NCBI GenBank assembly: GCA_964616175.1
Contig: CAZTUH010000007.1
Span: forward strand, 7,132 to 71,131
Direction: 5' to 3'
DNA length: 64,000 bases
Source: an uncultured Burkholderiaceae bacterium
Lineage (GTDB): Bacteria > Pseudomonadota > Gammaproteobacteria > Burkholderiales > Burkholderiaceae_B
Part shown: positions 1-8,598 of the stretch, piece after piece
How the letters are laid out: every line of letters begins with the position of its first letter
How positions within the stretch are numbered: the stretch's first letter is position 1
Translations under genes and position numbers: made by a program
The notes under the pieces: model-generated
What the model was told of the DNA's origin: nothing
Database searches by the model: none
The model's input: only the letters and a program-made list of their open reading frames with translations

Positions 1-2138
1 CCTTTGCTTCACTTGACAGTCATCTTCGTACTTACCTTCTTGAGAAAGATATTGAACAAGTGCGTAAGGCTTATCGGTTTGCTGACCAAATTCATCTTGG
101 GCAATTTCGCTCTAATGGTCTTCCATATATTTCCCATCCAATTGCTGTTGCTGAGATATGTGCTGGCTGGATGTTAGATGTCGAGGCTTTATCTGCAGCT
201 CTACTACATGATGTGATAGAAGATCAAGGAGTTTCAAAACATGAACTGGCAGAAAAGTTTGGTTTAGAAGTTTCCGATTTAGTTGATGGGTTATCTAAAT
301 TAGATCGCATAAATTTTGCTACAAGAATTGAACAGCAAGCAGATAATCTCCGAAAAATGCTGCTTGCGATGGCCCGTGATATCCGAGTTATCTTAATAAA
401 ACTTGCAGATCGATTGCATAATATGAGAACACTTGATGCAGTCAACATTGAAAAAAGGCGTAGGATTGCTAAAGAAACTTTGGATATTTATTTACCAATT
501 GCTTATCGGCTAGGTTTGAATTTATTATTTCGTGAATTGCAAGATTTATGTTTTCATGCAATATATCCAAATCGGTACAAAACTTTGTACAAAGCATTGC
601 TTGCTGCACGTGGTAATCGACGAGACATAATAAGCAAGATTAGAGATTCTGTTCAATCATCATTTCCTTCTGCAGGTATTGAAGCTGTAATTAGCGGGCG
701 AGAAAAAACTTTGTTTGGAATATATACAAAAATGGCTAAACAAAAGAAGACATTTTCTCAAGTTTTAGATATTTATGGTCTTCGTGTAATAGTTCAAACA
801 TTGCCAGAATGTTACTCTGCAATTGGGACTTTGCACCAACTATACAGACCTATTCCTGGAAAGTTTAAAGATTATATAGCGATTCCAAAAGATAATGGTT
901 ATCAATCTTTACATACAACTTTGCTTGGTCCATATGGTATTCCTATTGAATTTCAAATTCGAACTAGAGAAATGCATTCTATAGCTGAAGAAGGAATAGC
1001 ATCTCATTGGTTATACAAAGAGAAAAACAATGGATTAAACAGTCTTCAAAAACATACTCATCGATGGTTGAAATCTCTGTTAGATATCCAAAGTCAAACA
1101 GGGGATCCAATAGAGTTTATTGAACATATTAAGATAGATCTTTTTCCTGATGCAGTTTATGTTTGCACCCCGTCAGGAGACATTGTTTCACTACCTAGGG
1201 GAGCAACCCCTGTTGATTTTGCATATGCTATACATACTGATATTGGAAACCAAGCCGTAACAACTAAAATAAATGGGGAATACTCACCTCTTAGAACGGA
1301 ACTAAACAATGGAGATTTAGTTGAGATTATTACATCTCCAGCATCTCGGCCTAATGCCCAATGGCTTAGTTATGCTAGAACTGGAAGAGCACGCTCTGAA
1401 ATTCGACATTATTTGCGAACAATGAAATATGAAGAATCTGTTGCTTTTGGTGAACGATTATTAGCACAAGCTTTGAAAAAACATGTCAGTTCTTTAGCTG
1501 ATCATAGCTTACCTATTTGGAATAAATTAGCACAGAGAAATGGATCCAATTGTCGTGAAGAAGTTTTAGCGGATATTGGATTAGGCAAACGACTTGCTGC
1601 TGCAGTTGCTAGGCATTTTGTTTCGGAAAATCAAGTTGTTGCAACAACTGCAGCAGCTGTTGATGAATTTTCACATTCGAATTCAATAGAACCAATTATC
1701 ATTCAAGGAAATGAGGGCCAAACAGTTCAATTGGCAGTGTGTTGCGGACCACTTCCTGGAGATGCATTAATAGGTTGGATGAGATTAGGTAAAGGTCTTG
1801 TAGTACATACTAAAAAATGTTCAACAGCAAAAAGACAAAGAAATCGAGATCCTCATCGATGGATTATGGTAGATTGGGATGCTGAAACAGCAAAGCATTT
1901 TTCAACTAGGTTAGAAATAATTGCATATAATGAAAGAGGAGTGCTTGGTCGATTAGCTGCGGAGATTACTTCCATGGATTCAAACATTGTTCAGGTTAGC
2001 ACACATGATGACGCAGAATCTATAGTGATATTACATCTGACAATTCAAGTTGCAAGCAGAAAACACTTAGCATCTGTAATTAGATCTATTAGACATGTTA
2101 AACAAGTACAAAGAATTGTTCGAATTAAGAAGCAATAA
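1..2138 (+). CDS. spoT: bifunctional (p)ppGpp synthetase/pyrophosphohydrolase (RelA/SpoT family), 5' end cut by window edge
   Basis: ORF 60..2138 stays open in frame back to base 3 (..LEKDIEQVRKAY..), so the N-terminus is outside the window. HD hydrolase motifs (HPIAVAEI, LLHDVIED), synthetase motifs (GREKTLFGIYTKM, YQSLHTT, EFQIRTREMH), and TGS and ACT-like C-terminal regions are present. Confidence 0.92.
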   Translation, partial: FASLDSHLRTYLLEKDIEQVRKAYRFADQIHLGQFRSNGLPYISHPIAVAEICAGWMLDVEALSAALLHDVIEDQGVSKHELAEKFGLEVSDLVDGLSKLDRINFATRIEQQADNLRKMLLAMARDIRVILIKLADRLHNMRTLDAVNIEKRRRIAKETLDIYLPIAYRLGLNLLFRELQDLCFHAIYPNRYKTLYKALLAARGNRRDIISKIRDSVQSSFPSAGIEAVISGREKTLFGIYTKMAKQKKTFSQVLDIYGLRVIVQTLPECYSAIGTLHQLYRPIPGKFKDYIAIPKDNGYQSLHTTLLGPYGIPIEFQIRTREMHSIAEEGIASHWLYKEKNNGLNSLQKHTHRWLKSLLDIQSQTGDPIEFIEHIKIDLFPDAVYVCTPSGDIVSLPRGATPVDFAYAIHTDIGNQAVTTKINGEYSPLRTELNNGDLVEIITSPASRPNAQWLSYARTGRARSEIRHYLRTMKYEESVAFGERLLAQALKKHVSSLADHSLPIWNKLAQRNGSNCREEVLADIGLGKRLAAAVARHFVSENQVVATTAAAVDEFSHSNSIEPIIIQGNEGQTVQLAVCCGPLPGDALIGWMRLGKGLVVHTKKCSTAKRQRNRDPHRWIMVDWDAETAKHFSTRLEIIAYNERGVLGRLAAEITSMDSNIVQVSTHDDAESIVILHLTIQVASRKHLASVIRSIRHVKQVQRIVRIKKQ

Positions 2139-2195
2139 ATGTTGAGATTTTACAAAAATTCACACTTTAAATTCTAGGAAATAATAATTTCATTT

Positions 2196-3029
2196 ATGAG
2201 ATTTATTCAGAAACTTGAAGAATCATGGCAGAATAGTGGATCTTGTTTACAAGTGGGGCTTGATCCTGATCCAAAATTATTTCCAAAAGATATAAAAAAT
2301 GGGCATGATTCAATTTTTGAATTTTGTCGTGGCATTATAGATGCAACTGTACATTACATTTGTAGTTTTAAGTTGCAAATTGCACATTTCTCAGCATATC
2401 GAGCTGAAACTCAATTAGAAAAAATTTGTCTTTATATCCGAAAAAGATACCCAGGAATTCCTATAATTCTTGACTCAAAGAGAGGAGATATTTTTTCAAC
2501 ATCAGAAAAATATGCATTGGAAGCTTTCAAACGATACAAGGTTCATGCATTAACAGTAAATCCATATATGGGGTTTGATTCTATCAAACCGTACTTACAA
2601 TGGAAGGATCGTGGAGTAATAGTAGTATGCTGTACCTCAAATCCTGGGAGTTCAGATCTTCAATTCCTTAATTTATCAAATGGAAAGCCTCTATACTTAT
2701 ATATTGCTCAATTGGTTAAAAAATGGAATGAATCACTTCAACTAGGTTTAGTTATTGGAGCTAATCATGCATCAGAGTTGGCAACGGTAAGAAAACATGT
2801 TGGGGATTCTATGCCTTTGCTTATACCTGGTGTTGGAGCACAAGGAGGATCTTTAGAAAATGCAGTACATGCTGGGATTAATTCTATTGGAACTGGAATT
2901 ATGGTTAATTCCTCTAGGGGAATCATTCATTCTAGTTCTGGAAAATATTGGAGAGAATCAGCAGCTTCAGCTGCTTTTAATCTCCGTGAAGCAATCAATG
3001 CAGCAAAAATTTCAAAGTTAACAAAATAA
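2196..3029 (+). CDS. pyrF: orotidine 5'-phosphate decarboxylase, type 2
   Basis: 277 aa. Carries the GLDPDP and DSKRGDI motifs typical of long-form (type 2) PyrF. Confidence 0.88.
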   Translation: MRFIQKLEESWQNSGSCLQVGLDPDPKLFPKDIKNGHDSIFEFCRGIIDATVHYICSFKLQIAHFSAYRAETQLEKICLYIRKRYPGIPIILDSKRGDIFSTSEKYALEAFKRYKVHALTVNPYMGFDSIKPYLQWKDRGVIVVCCTSNPGSSDLQFLNLSNGKPLYLYIAQLVKKWNESLQLGLVIGANHASELATVRKHVGDSMPLLIPGVGAQGGSLENAVHAGINSIGTGIMVNSSRGIIHSSSGKYWRESAASAAFNLREAINAAKISKLTK

Positions 3030-3061
3030 TTTAGAATATAGAGAAATCTTTTAATCGTCAT

Positions 3062-3083
3062 ATTCTAATCAAATCATTAGAAT
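3062..3083 (+). terminator. weak AT-only hairpin between convergent pyrF and pgpA
   Basis: attctaat-caaatc-attagaat forms an 8-bp perfect stem, followed by tgaattttt. It lies in the 62-bp gap between two convergent stop codons. Confidence 0.25.
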
Positions 3084-3091
3084 TGAATTTT

Positions 3092-3619
3092 TCAGAAAAT
3101 TGTGAAAAGAAGAATTCCTGTATATAAAGCTGCAAATACATCATCTAACATTATTCCAATGCCACCTTCTAACTTTTTTTCAAAGAACTTGATTGGTGGA
3201 GGCTTTAGAGAATCAATAATGCGAAAAATGATGAATGCACTAAGTTGAATTATCAATTTTTTTGGGGAAAAATAAAGAATTAACCAGAATGAGACCATTT
3301 CATCCCAAATTATTGAAATGTGATCTGAATTTCCAAGATCTTTGCTAATTCGTTCACAACACCAACATCCCAGAAAAAAAAATAAGAATAAAAACACTAA
3401 AGTTTCCCATGTTTTCAGGAAAAAATAATGATTCCCAATTAACCAAACCATCCAGGCTAAAAAAGTTCCCCATGTCCCAGGTGCTATTCTAATTAAACCA
3501 AGGCCAAAGCCAAACATTAAGATTCGTTCTAAACTACAGAACACCCACGAAATTTTTGGAAATTCTACGTTGTAACGCTTATAAATAACATCAAAACAAG
3601 AGGTAATTTTTTTATTCAT
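3092..3619 (-). CDS. pgpA: phosphatidylglycerophosphatase A
   Basis: 175 aa hydrophobic protein with GFGLGL..APGTWGT and the C-terminal GIMLDD motif. It occupies the conserved ribH-nusB-thiL-pgpA position. Confidence 0.85.
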   Translation of the reverse strand: MNKKITSCFDVIYKRYNVEFPKISWVFCSLERILMFGFGLGLIRIAPGTWGTFLAWMVWLIGNHYFFLKTWETLVFLFLFFFLGCWCCERISKDLGNSDHISIIWDEMVSFWLILYFSPKKLIIQLSAFIIFRIIDSLKPPPIKFFEKKLEGGIGIMLDDVFAALYTGILLFTIF

Positions 3620-3631
3620 GCATTAACACTA

Positions 3632-4615
3632 TTAACTGCGCATCTTGGTTGACGAAAAATGGTCAAATCCGTTTGGAGAATAATTTAAAGAACTGCCATT
3701 TGAATTTACTATTTCCAAATGTTTTTTATCAGTAATATGACCAATTACATTAACTGTAACATTTAATTCTTTAGATTTTTTTACTATCCATTCGTGATTT
3801 TTTGGAGATGCTGTGAAACAAAGCTCATAAACGTCTCCCCCATTTAGAATAGATTCACTCACAATTTTATCAGAAAGTTCAGATAAATATGGAGAGACTG
3901 GAATAGAATCATACTGTATATATGCACCAACATTGCTGGCACTGAGAATATGTCCTAAGTCTTGCAGGAGACCATCTGATATATCAATAGCAGAATTAGC
4001 TGAATTTACTAAAAACTGACCTAGTTCTAAACGAGCTTCTGGCCATTCTAGGGATTTTCTTGTTTGTCTTAATAATTTTGAATTCATAGGAATTCTTCCA
4101 GATAAGATTCGATAAGCAATATCAGCAGCTCCCATTGTTCCAGAAACCCAGATTTCATCACCTATCCTCGCAGAATCTCGACGTAACATTTTCTTTGGAT
4201 CTATAATTCCGAAAACAGTTACACTGATAAACAAACCTCGGGGGCTAGAACAAATGTCTCCCCCAAGCAAAGAACATAAATATCTCTTACAAAGTGTATT
4301 AAATCCTTCCGAGAAACTTTCTAACCATTTTTCATCAATAGTATCAGGAAGACCTAATCCTAGAAGACAACCAAATGGCTTAGCTCCAACAGCAGCTAAA
4401 TCTGATAGATTTACTCCTAATGCTTTGTGACCTAGCGAAGTTGGTTCAACGTTTGAAAAAAAATGACAGCCCTCAATAAGAATATCTGTGCTAGTTGCAA
4501 CATGCATATTATTTGGAATCGAAAAAGTTGAACAATCATCATTTTTTAAACTGGTGCTTTCTTTATCAAAAAAACAACTAGAAAAATACTGCTTAATAAG
4601 TTCAAACTCAGACAT
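3632..4615 (-). CDS. thiL: thiamine-monophosphate kinase
   Basis: 327 aa AIR-synthase-like fold (DDCS.., HF.., GGDI, ISDGL). Synteny with nusB and pgpA supports the call. Confidence 0.88.
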   Translation of the reverse strand: MSEFELIKQYFSSCFFDKESTSLKNDDCSTFSIPNNMHVATSTDILIEGCHFFSNVEPTSLGHKALGVNLSDLAAVGAKPFGCLLGLGLPDTIDEKWLESFSEGFNTLCKRYLCSLLGGDICSSPRGLFISVTVFGIIDPKKMLRRDSARIGDEIWVSGTMGAADIAYRILSGRIPMNSKLLRQTRKSLEWPEARLELGQFLVNSANSAIDISDGLLQDLGHILSASNVGAYIQYDSIPVSPYLSELSDKIVSESILNGGDVYELCFTASPKNHEWIVKKSKELNVTVNVIGHITDKKHLEIVNSNGSSLNYSPNGFDHFSSTKMRS

Positions 4616-4665
4616 TTGAAAAACCTAAAATTTTTTAGAGAAAAAATTTTTGCATATAAAGATAA

Positions 4666-5196
4666 TCAAACAGGAGTCAAAGATAATCTTAAAGAACGAG
4701 TGTTCACGGCTAGGCTATCTAAAACACCATTAACAAATTTGAAACCTTCTGGCCCGCCAAAAGACTTTGCTAGCTCAACAGCTTCATTAATTATTACCTT
4801 AGGAGGGATCTCAAAATGATGTAACAATTCAAAACTTCCTATTAGGAGAATAGAATGTTCTATAGGAGATAGTTCGTCAAGTGTTCTCTTAGCATAGAGT
4901 ATGAAATGTTTTCGAAGTTCTTCTGAGTTATGCAATACTCCATTCAACAAGATCTCAAACCACAGCATATCGACTGAAGAAGAATCGAAATTATCCATCA
5001 AACCAGAACTGATTTCAGTTGAATCAAGTTTTTCACGGTTTAATAACCAAGCATAAATTCCTTGAAGGGCAAGTTCGCGAGCTCCATGTCTTGCTCCAGT
5101 AGTGTTAAGATTCTCTCGGTTTGAAAAATTCCTTTCATTATATGCTTTTGTTTTTCGAACTTCTGAAGTTTCTTCAGGTTTTATCCATTTTTCCAT
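4666..5196 (-). CDS. nusB: transcription antitermination factor NusB
   Basis: 176 aa. ARELALQGIYAW and the C-terminal INEAVELAK..G..FVNGVLD are NusB hallmarks. It sits directly downstream of ribH. Confidence 0.9.
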   Translation of the reverse strand: MEKWIKPEETSEVRKTKAYNERNFSNRENLNTTGARHGARELALQGIYAWLLNREKLDSTEISSGLMDNFDSSSVDMLWFEILLNGVLHNSEELRKHFILYAKRTLDELSPIEHSILLIGSFELLHHFEIPPKVIINEAVELAKSFGGPEGFKFVNGVLDSLAVNTRSLRLSLTPV

Positions 5197-5199
5197 AGA

Positions 5200-5676
5200 T
5201 TACAGTCTTCTCTTTGGAAAACTAGCCATTAAAGATGCCATTTCAACAGCAACTTTTGCGCATTCACTGCCTTTTTTTTCTGCACGAATTAATGCTTGAT
5301 TGTAATTCTCTACAGTTAATACTCCATTTGCAATAGGAATTCCTGTATCTAATGAAACTCTAGAAATTGAAGAAGCCATTTCATTACAAACAACTTGAAA
5401 ATGATAGGTCTTGCCTTTAATTACAGATCCAAAAGCAATTAACGAATCAAACTCAAAAGTTTTTGCCATACATAGTAACACTATAGATAATTCAAGGGCC
5501 CCTGGGACCATTTTAACAAAAACGTTTTCGTTATTGAATCCAAGTTCAATTAGTTTCTGCTTACAAGAGTTTAGTTGAATAGAAGCTATTTCTTCATAAA
5601 ACCGAGCACATACAATACCAATGCGAAACTTCTTTTTTTCAAGATTAGGGATAGAGAATTCAGAGTTATTATTCAT
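5200..5676 (-). CDS. ribH: 6,7-dimethyl-8-ribityllumazine synthase
   Basis: Motifs FRIGIVCARFYEEI, VPGALEL and TYHFQVV are present. The ORF opens at 5718, but that start would overlap ribBA by 26 bp. The Met at 5676 (MNNNSEF) gives the usual N-terminal length, though the start remains uncertain. Confidence 0.88.
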   Translation of the reverse strand: MNNNSEFSIPNLEKKKFRIGIVCARFYEEIASIQLNSCKQKLIELGFNNENVFVKMVPGALELSIVLLCMAKTFEFDSLIAFGSVIKGKTYHFQVVCNEMASSISRVSLDTGIPIANGVLTVENYNQALIRAEKKGSECAKVAVEMASLMASFPKRRL

Positions 5677-5692
5677 AGAAAAATTTTTGGAT

Positions 5693-6817
5693 TTATTTTG
5701 GAGGATCAATAAATCCACTAATAGTTAATGAGAATCCGGTCATACTAGGTATTTTCCTTGGAAAGGACAATAATCGCATCTTTCCAACATTTAAATCACG
5801 TAATATCTGTGCTCCGATGCCGTAATTCAGGAGATTGCTTCGGTTATTTTCTTTAACCAATTTTTTTATTTTTTGATTCACATTGTATTTTCTAATAATT
5901 TTTGTAAAAAACTCATTGGAAGAAGCTTGAAAGTTCATTAACAGAAGTATTCCTGGTGGAGTTTTTTTTATTAATTTTAAGGCTTTATCAATTGTCCAAC
6001 TATGAGAATCACTCTCTATATCTAAAACATCTAACAAACAAGTTGGTTCATGTACTCGAACTAAGGTTTCATAATTTGGAGAAATTTTTCCATAGAAAAG
6101 GGCTAAATGAAAAGACCCACTTGTTGTATCTTTATACACACGAGAATTAAATAGTCCCCATGGAGTATTTATGAATCTTTGACCAATACAGTCAATAACT
6201 GATTCATGTTCACTGCGGTATTTTATTAAATCTGCAATAGTTCCTATCTTCAAATTATGTTGTTTCGAAAATTTTAGCAAGTCCGGCAAGCGAGCCATAG
6301 TTCCATCATTTTTTAAAATTTCACAAATAACCGCTGCTGGAGTAAGCCCAGCGATACTTGTAAGATCACATCCAGCCTCAGTATGACCAGCTCTCACTAA
6401 CACCCCACCTTGAACAGCTCGAACTGGAAATATATGACCTGGTTGTACCAAATCGTTTGGTTTTGCATTTTTGTCAACTGCTACTTTTATAGTATGAGCC
6501 CTATCAACAGCAGATATCCCAGTTTCTATACCACTTGCCGCTTCTACAGATTGTGTAAAATTTGTACTATATTTTGCACAATTCTTGCTGGTCATAAGAT
6601 CTAAGTTTAATTTAGCACAATGAGTTTCAGTTAAAGTAAGACAAACCAATCCTCGACCATAGGTTACCATGAAATTTATTGATTCTGGAGTAACAAACTC
6701 AGCTGCCATTAAAAGGTCTCCCTCATTTTCTCTATTTTCTTCATCCAGAAGAATAATAATCTTTCCTAAACGCAGCTCAGCTATAATTTGTGGGATTGAT
6801 GCAATATCTATGGTCAT
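5693..6817 (-). CDS. ribBA: 3,4-dihydroxy-2-butanone-4-phosphate synthase fused to a GTP cyclohydrolase II-like (apparently degenerate) C-terminal domain
   Basis: The N-terminal domain has IIAELRLGKIIILLDEENRENEGDL and HTEAG motifs. The C-terminal domain aligns to RibA but lacks the Cys-X10-Cys-X-Cys zinc site. The likely start is MTIDIASIP at 6817, although the ORF opens at 6880. Confidence 0.85.
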   Translation of the reverse strand: MTIDIASIPQIIAELRLGKIIILLDEENRENEGDLLMAAEFVTPESINFMVTYGRGLVCLTLTETHCAKLNLDLMTSKNCAKYSTNFTQSVEAASGIETGISAVDRAHTIKVAVDKNAKPNDLVQPGHIFPVRAVQGGVLVRAGHTEAGCDLTSIAGLTPAAVICEILKNDGTMARLPDLLKFSKQHNLKIGTIADLIKYRSEHESVIDCIGQRFINTPWGLFNSRVYKDTTSGSFHLALFYGKISPNYETLVRVHEPTCLLDVLDIESDSHSWTIDKALKLIKKTPPGILLLMNFQASSNEFFTKIIRKYNVNQKIKKLVKENNRSNLLNYGIGAQILRDLNVGKMRLLSFPRKIPSMTGFSLTISGFIDPPK

Positions 6818-6989
6818 TTTCTTTTTGTGGAAATAACTAAAACAATGACTTACAATGCCTAAGTCAACTGGTCTTTTCAATCATTCTATATTTTTGGAAA
6901 AAAGACGGACTACAGAGTTTAACCTGTAAACAAACTTTCTATTTACAACTTTTCATTATACCTTACAGAATTAAAATTAAAGAACAGAT

Positions 6990-7991
6990 TTAATCTGAAA
7001 ACAATGCATCTGAAAAAGAATCGGCAGAAAATGGTTGTAAATCTTTTATTTTTTCTCCTATTCCAATCCAATAAACAGGAATAGGGTATGAAAAATCAAT
7101 ACAATTTGCTAAGGCCAACAGTACTCCAGCTTTTGCTGTTCCATCAAGTTTTGTAATTATTAACCCAGTTAAGCCAATAGCATCATTAAATGCTTTAATC
7201 TGCAGCATTGAATTTTGGCCAGTATTACCATCAATAACCAAAATATTTTCATTGTAGCAGGAACCATTCATTGCTTTTTTTACTGCTTTATTAACTTTTT
7301 TTATTTCTTCCATTAGATGAGGTTGTGAAGGCAATCTACCAGAGGTATCGAGCAGAACTACTTTGATCTGATTTTTTTTGGCTAGATTGATTGCATTATA
7401 TGCAATAGAGGCAGGACTTCTATCATCTGGATTATAAAAAGTAATATTTTCGTTTTGCTTTGCCCATTCTCTCAATTGTTCCTTAGCTCCAGCACGGTAA
7501 GTATCTCCTGCTGCAAGCAAAACATGTACACCTTTATTTTGAAATAAATAAGCTAATTTCCCTATTGATGTTGTCTTCCCAACTCCATTTACTCCGGAAA
7601 ATGTTATCACTGTTAACTTTTCCTTTGAAAAAGGAAATCGTTTTTCTAACGGGCGTAAATAATTTGCTGTTAAAATTCGCAAAAGATTTTTGATCTTATT
7701 CGGGTCTTTAATATTTTTCTCTTGGATCTCTGAACGTAGTAAACTTAATAATGCTTGTGTCGACTTAATCCCAGCATCGCTACATATGAGTTCAAATTCC
7801 AACTCTTCAAAAAAAAGTTCATCTATCTCTGCTTTTTTTTTCCAAAATAAACTGCCAAGATTTTTTCCAGTATAGGATAGGCTTTTTTTTAAACGGTCAA
7901 ACCAAACTTTCTTTGAAAGTTCTTCTTTAGAATCACTAACATATTTTGATTCCAACTTATCAGAATTTTTATTGATTGGAAATTTAAACAT
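6990..7991 (-). CDS. ftsY: signal recognition particle receptor FtsY
   Basis: 333 aa with a short N-terminal region and an NG domain carrying GVNGVGKTTS, DTSGR and TKLDGTAKAG. Confidence 0.92.
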   Translation of the reverse strand: MFKFPINKNSDKLESKYVSDSKEELSKKVWFDRLKKSLSYTGKNLGSLFWKKKAEIDELFFEELEFELICSDAGIKSTQALLSLLRSEIQEKNIKDPNKIKNLLRILTANYLRPLEKRFPFSKEKLTVITFSGVNGVGKTTSIGKLAYLFQNKGVHVLLAAGDTYRAGAKEQLREWAKQNENITFYNPDDRSPASIAYNAINLAKKNQIKVVLLDTSGRLPSQPHLMEEIKKVNKAVKKAMNGSCYNENILVIDGNTGQNSMLQIKAFNDAIGLTGLIITKLDGTAKAGVLLALANCIDFSYPIPVYWIGIGEKIKDLQPFSADSFSDALFSD

Positions 7992-8568
7992 GGCTAAGAA
8001 ACCTATTCGGATACATACAGGTAAATATCGATTTACTCCAATTTTTATAAAAAATAATATTCATGGAATTAGACCTACTCCTAGCAAAGTTCGTGAAATA
8101 CTCTTCAATTGGTTAAAATATTTTTGGAATGAAAAATTCTCTGATAAAAAAGTTCTTGATCTTTTTACAGGTAGCGGATCTGTTGGATTCGAAGCAGCTT
8201 CCCGAGGTTTTGGCCACATTGATATGGTAGAAAAAGATAGAAAAACAGTAATTGCATTGTTGCAGTTAAAAAATAAGCTCAAAGCTGAGAATATTACCAT
8301 TCAATTTTCAGATGCATTAAAAGTTTTGAAGAATTTTAGAAGTTCACAATTTGATCTAATTGTACTTGATCCCCCTTTTGGTAAGAACTTAATAGAAAAG
8401 ATCTTGGAAAAAATTTCAATCCTCTTGAGGAAAGAGGGATTCATATTCGCTGAAACCAACATAGAATTAAAGGCTCCCGAAAATCTTGAGATAATTCGGA
8501 ATGGAAAAGTTGGAAAAGTATATTTCTATCTACTAAGAAAAAAAAGAACTAGCAATCAATCAGGATAA
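7990..8568 (+). CDS. rsmD: 16S rRNA (guanine966-N2)-methyltransferase
   Basis: Motifs IRPTPSKVREILFNWL, LDLFTGSGSVGFEAASRG and LDPPF are present. It is divergent from ftsY, as in E. coli. The likely start is MAKKPIRI at 7990, although the ORF opens at 7972. Confidence 0.82.
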   Translation: MAKKPIRIHTGKYRFTPIFIKNNIHGIRPTPSKVREILFNWLKYFWNEKFSDKKVLDLFTGSGSVGFEAASRGFGHIDMVEKDRKTVIALLQLKNKLKAENITIQFSDALKVLKNFRSSQFDLIVLDPPFGKNLIEKILEKISILLRKEGFIFAETNIELKAPENLEIIRNGKVGKVYFYLLRKKRTSNQSG

Positions 8569-8598
8569 AAAAATCTTTCTAAATCTCTTCTTCAATTT

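Noticed and set aside
6818-6989. I looked for an FMN (RFN) riboswitch upstream of ribBA.
   Set aside because: The leader is too short and lacks the conserved G-rich RFN segments (GGGCGGG..CCGAC..GGATG-type blocks). Only a TATAAT-like hexamer at 6955-6960 on the minus strand is visible, and that is uninformative in AT-rich DNA.
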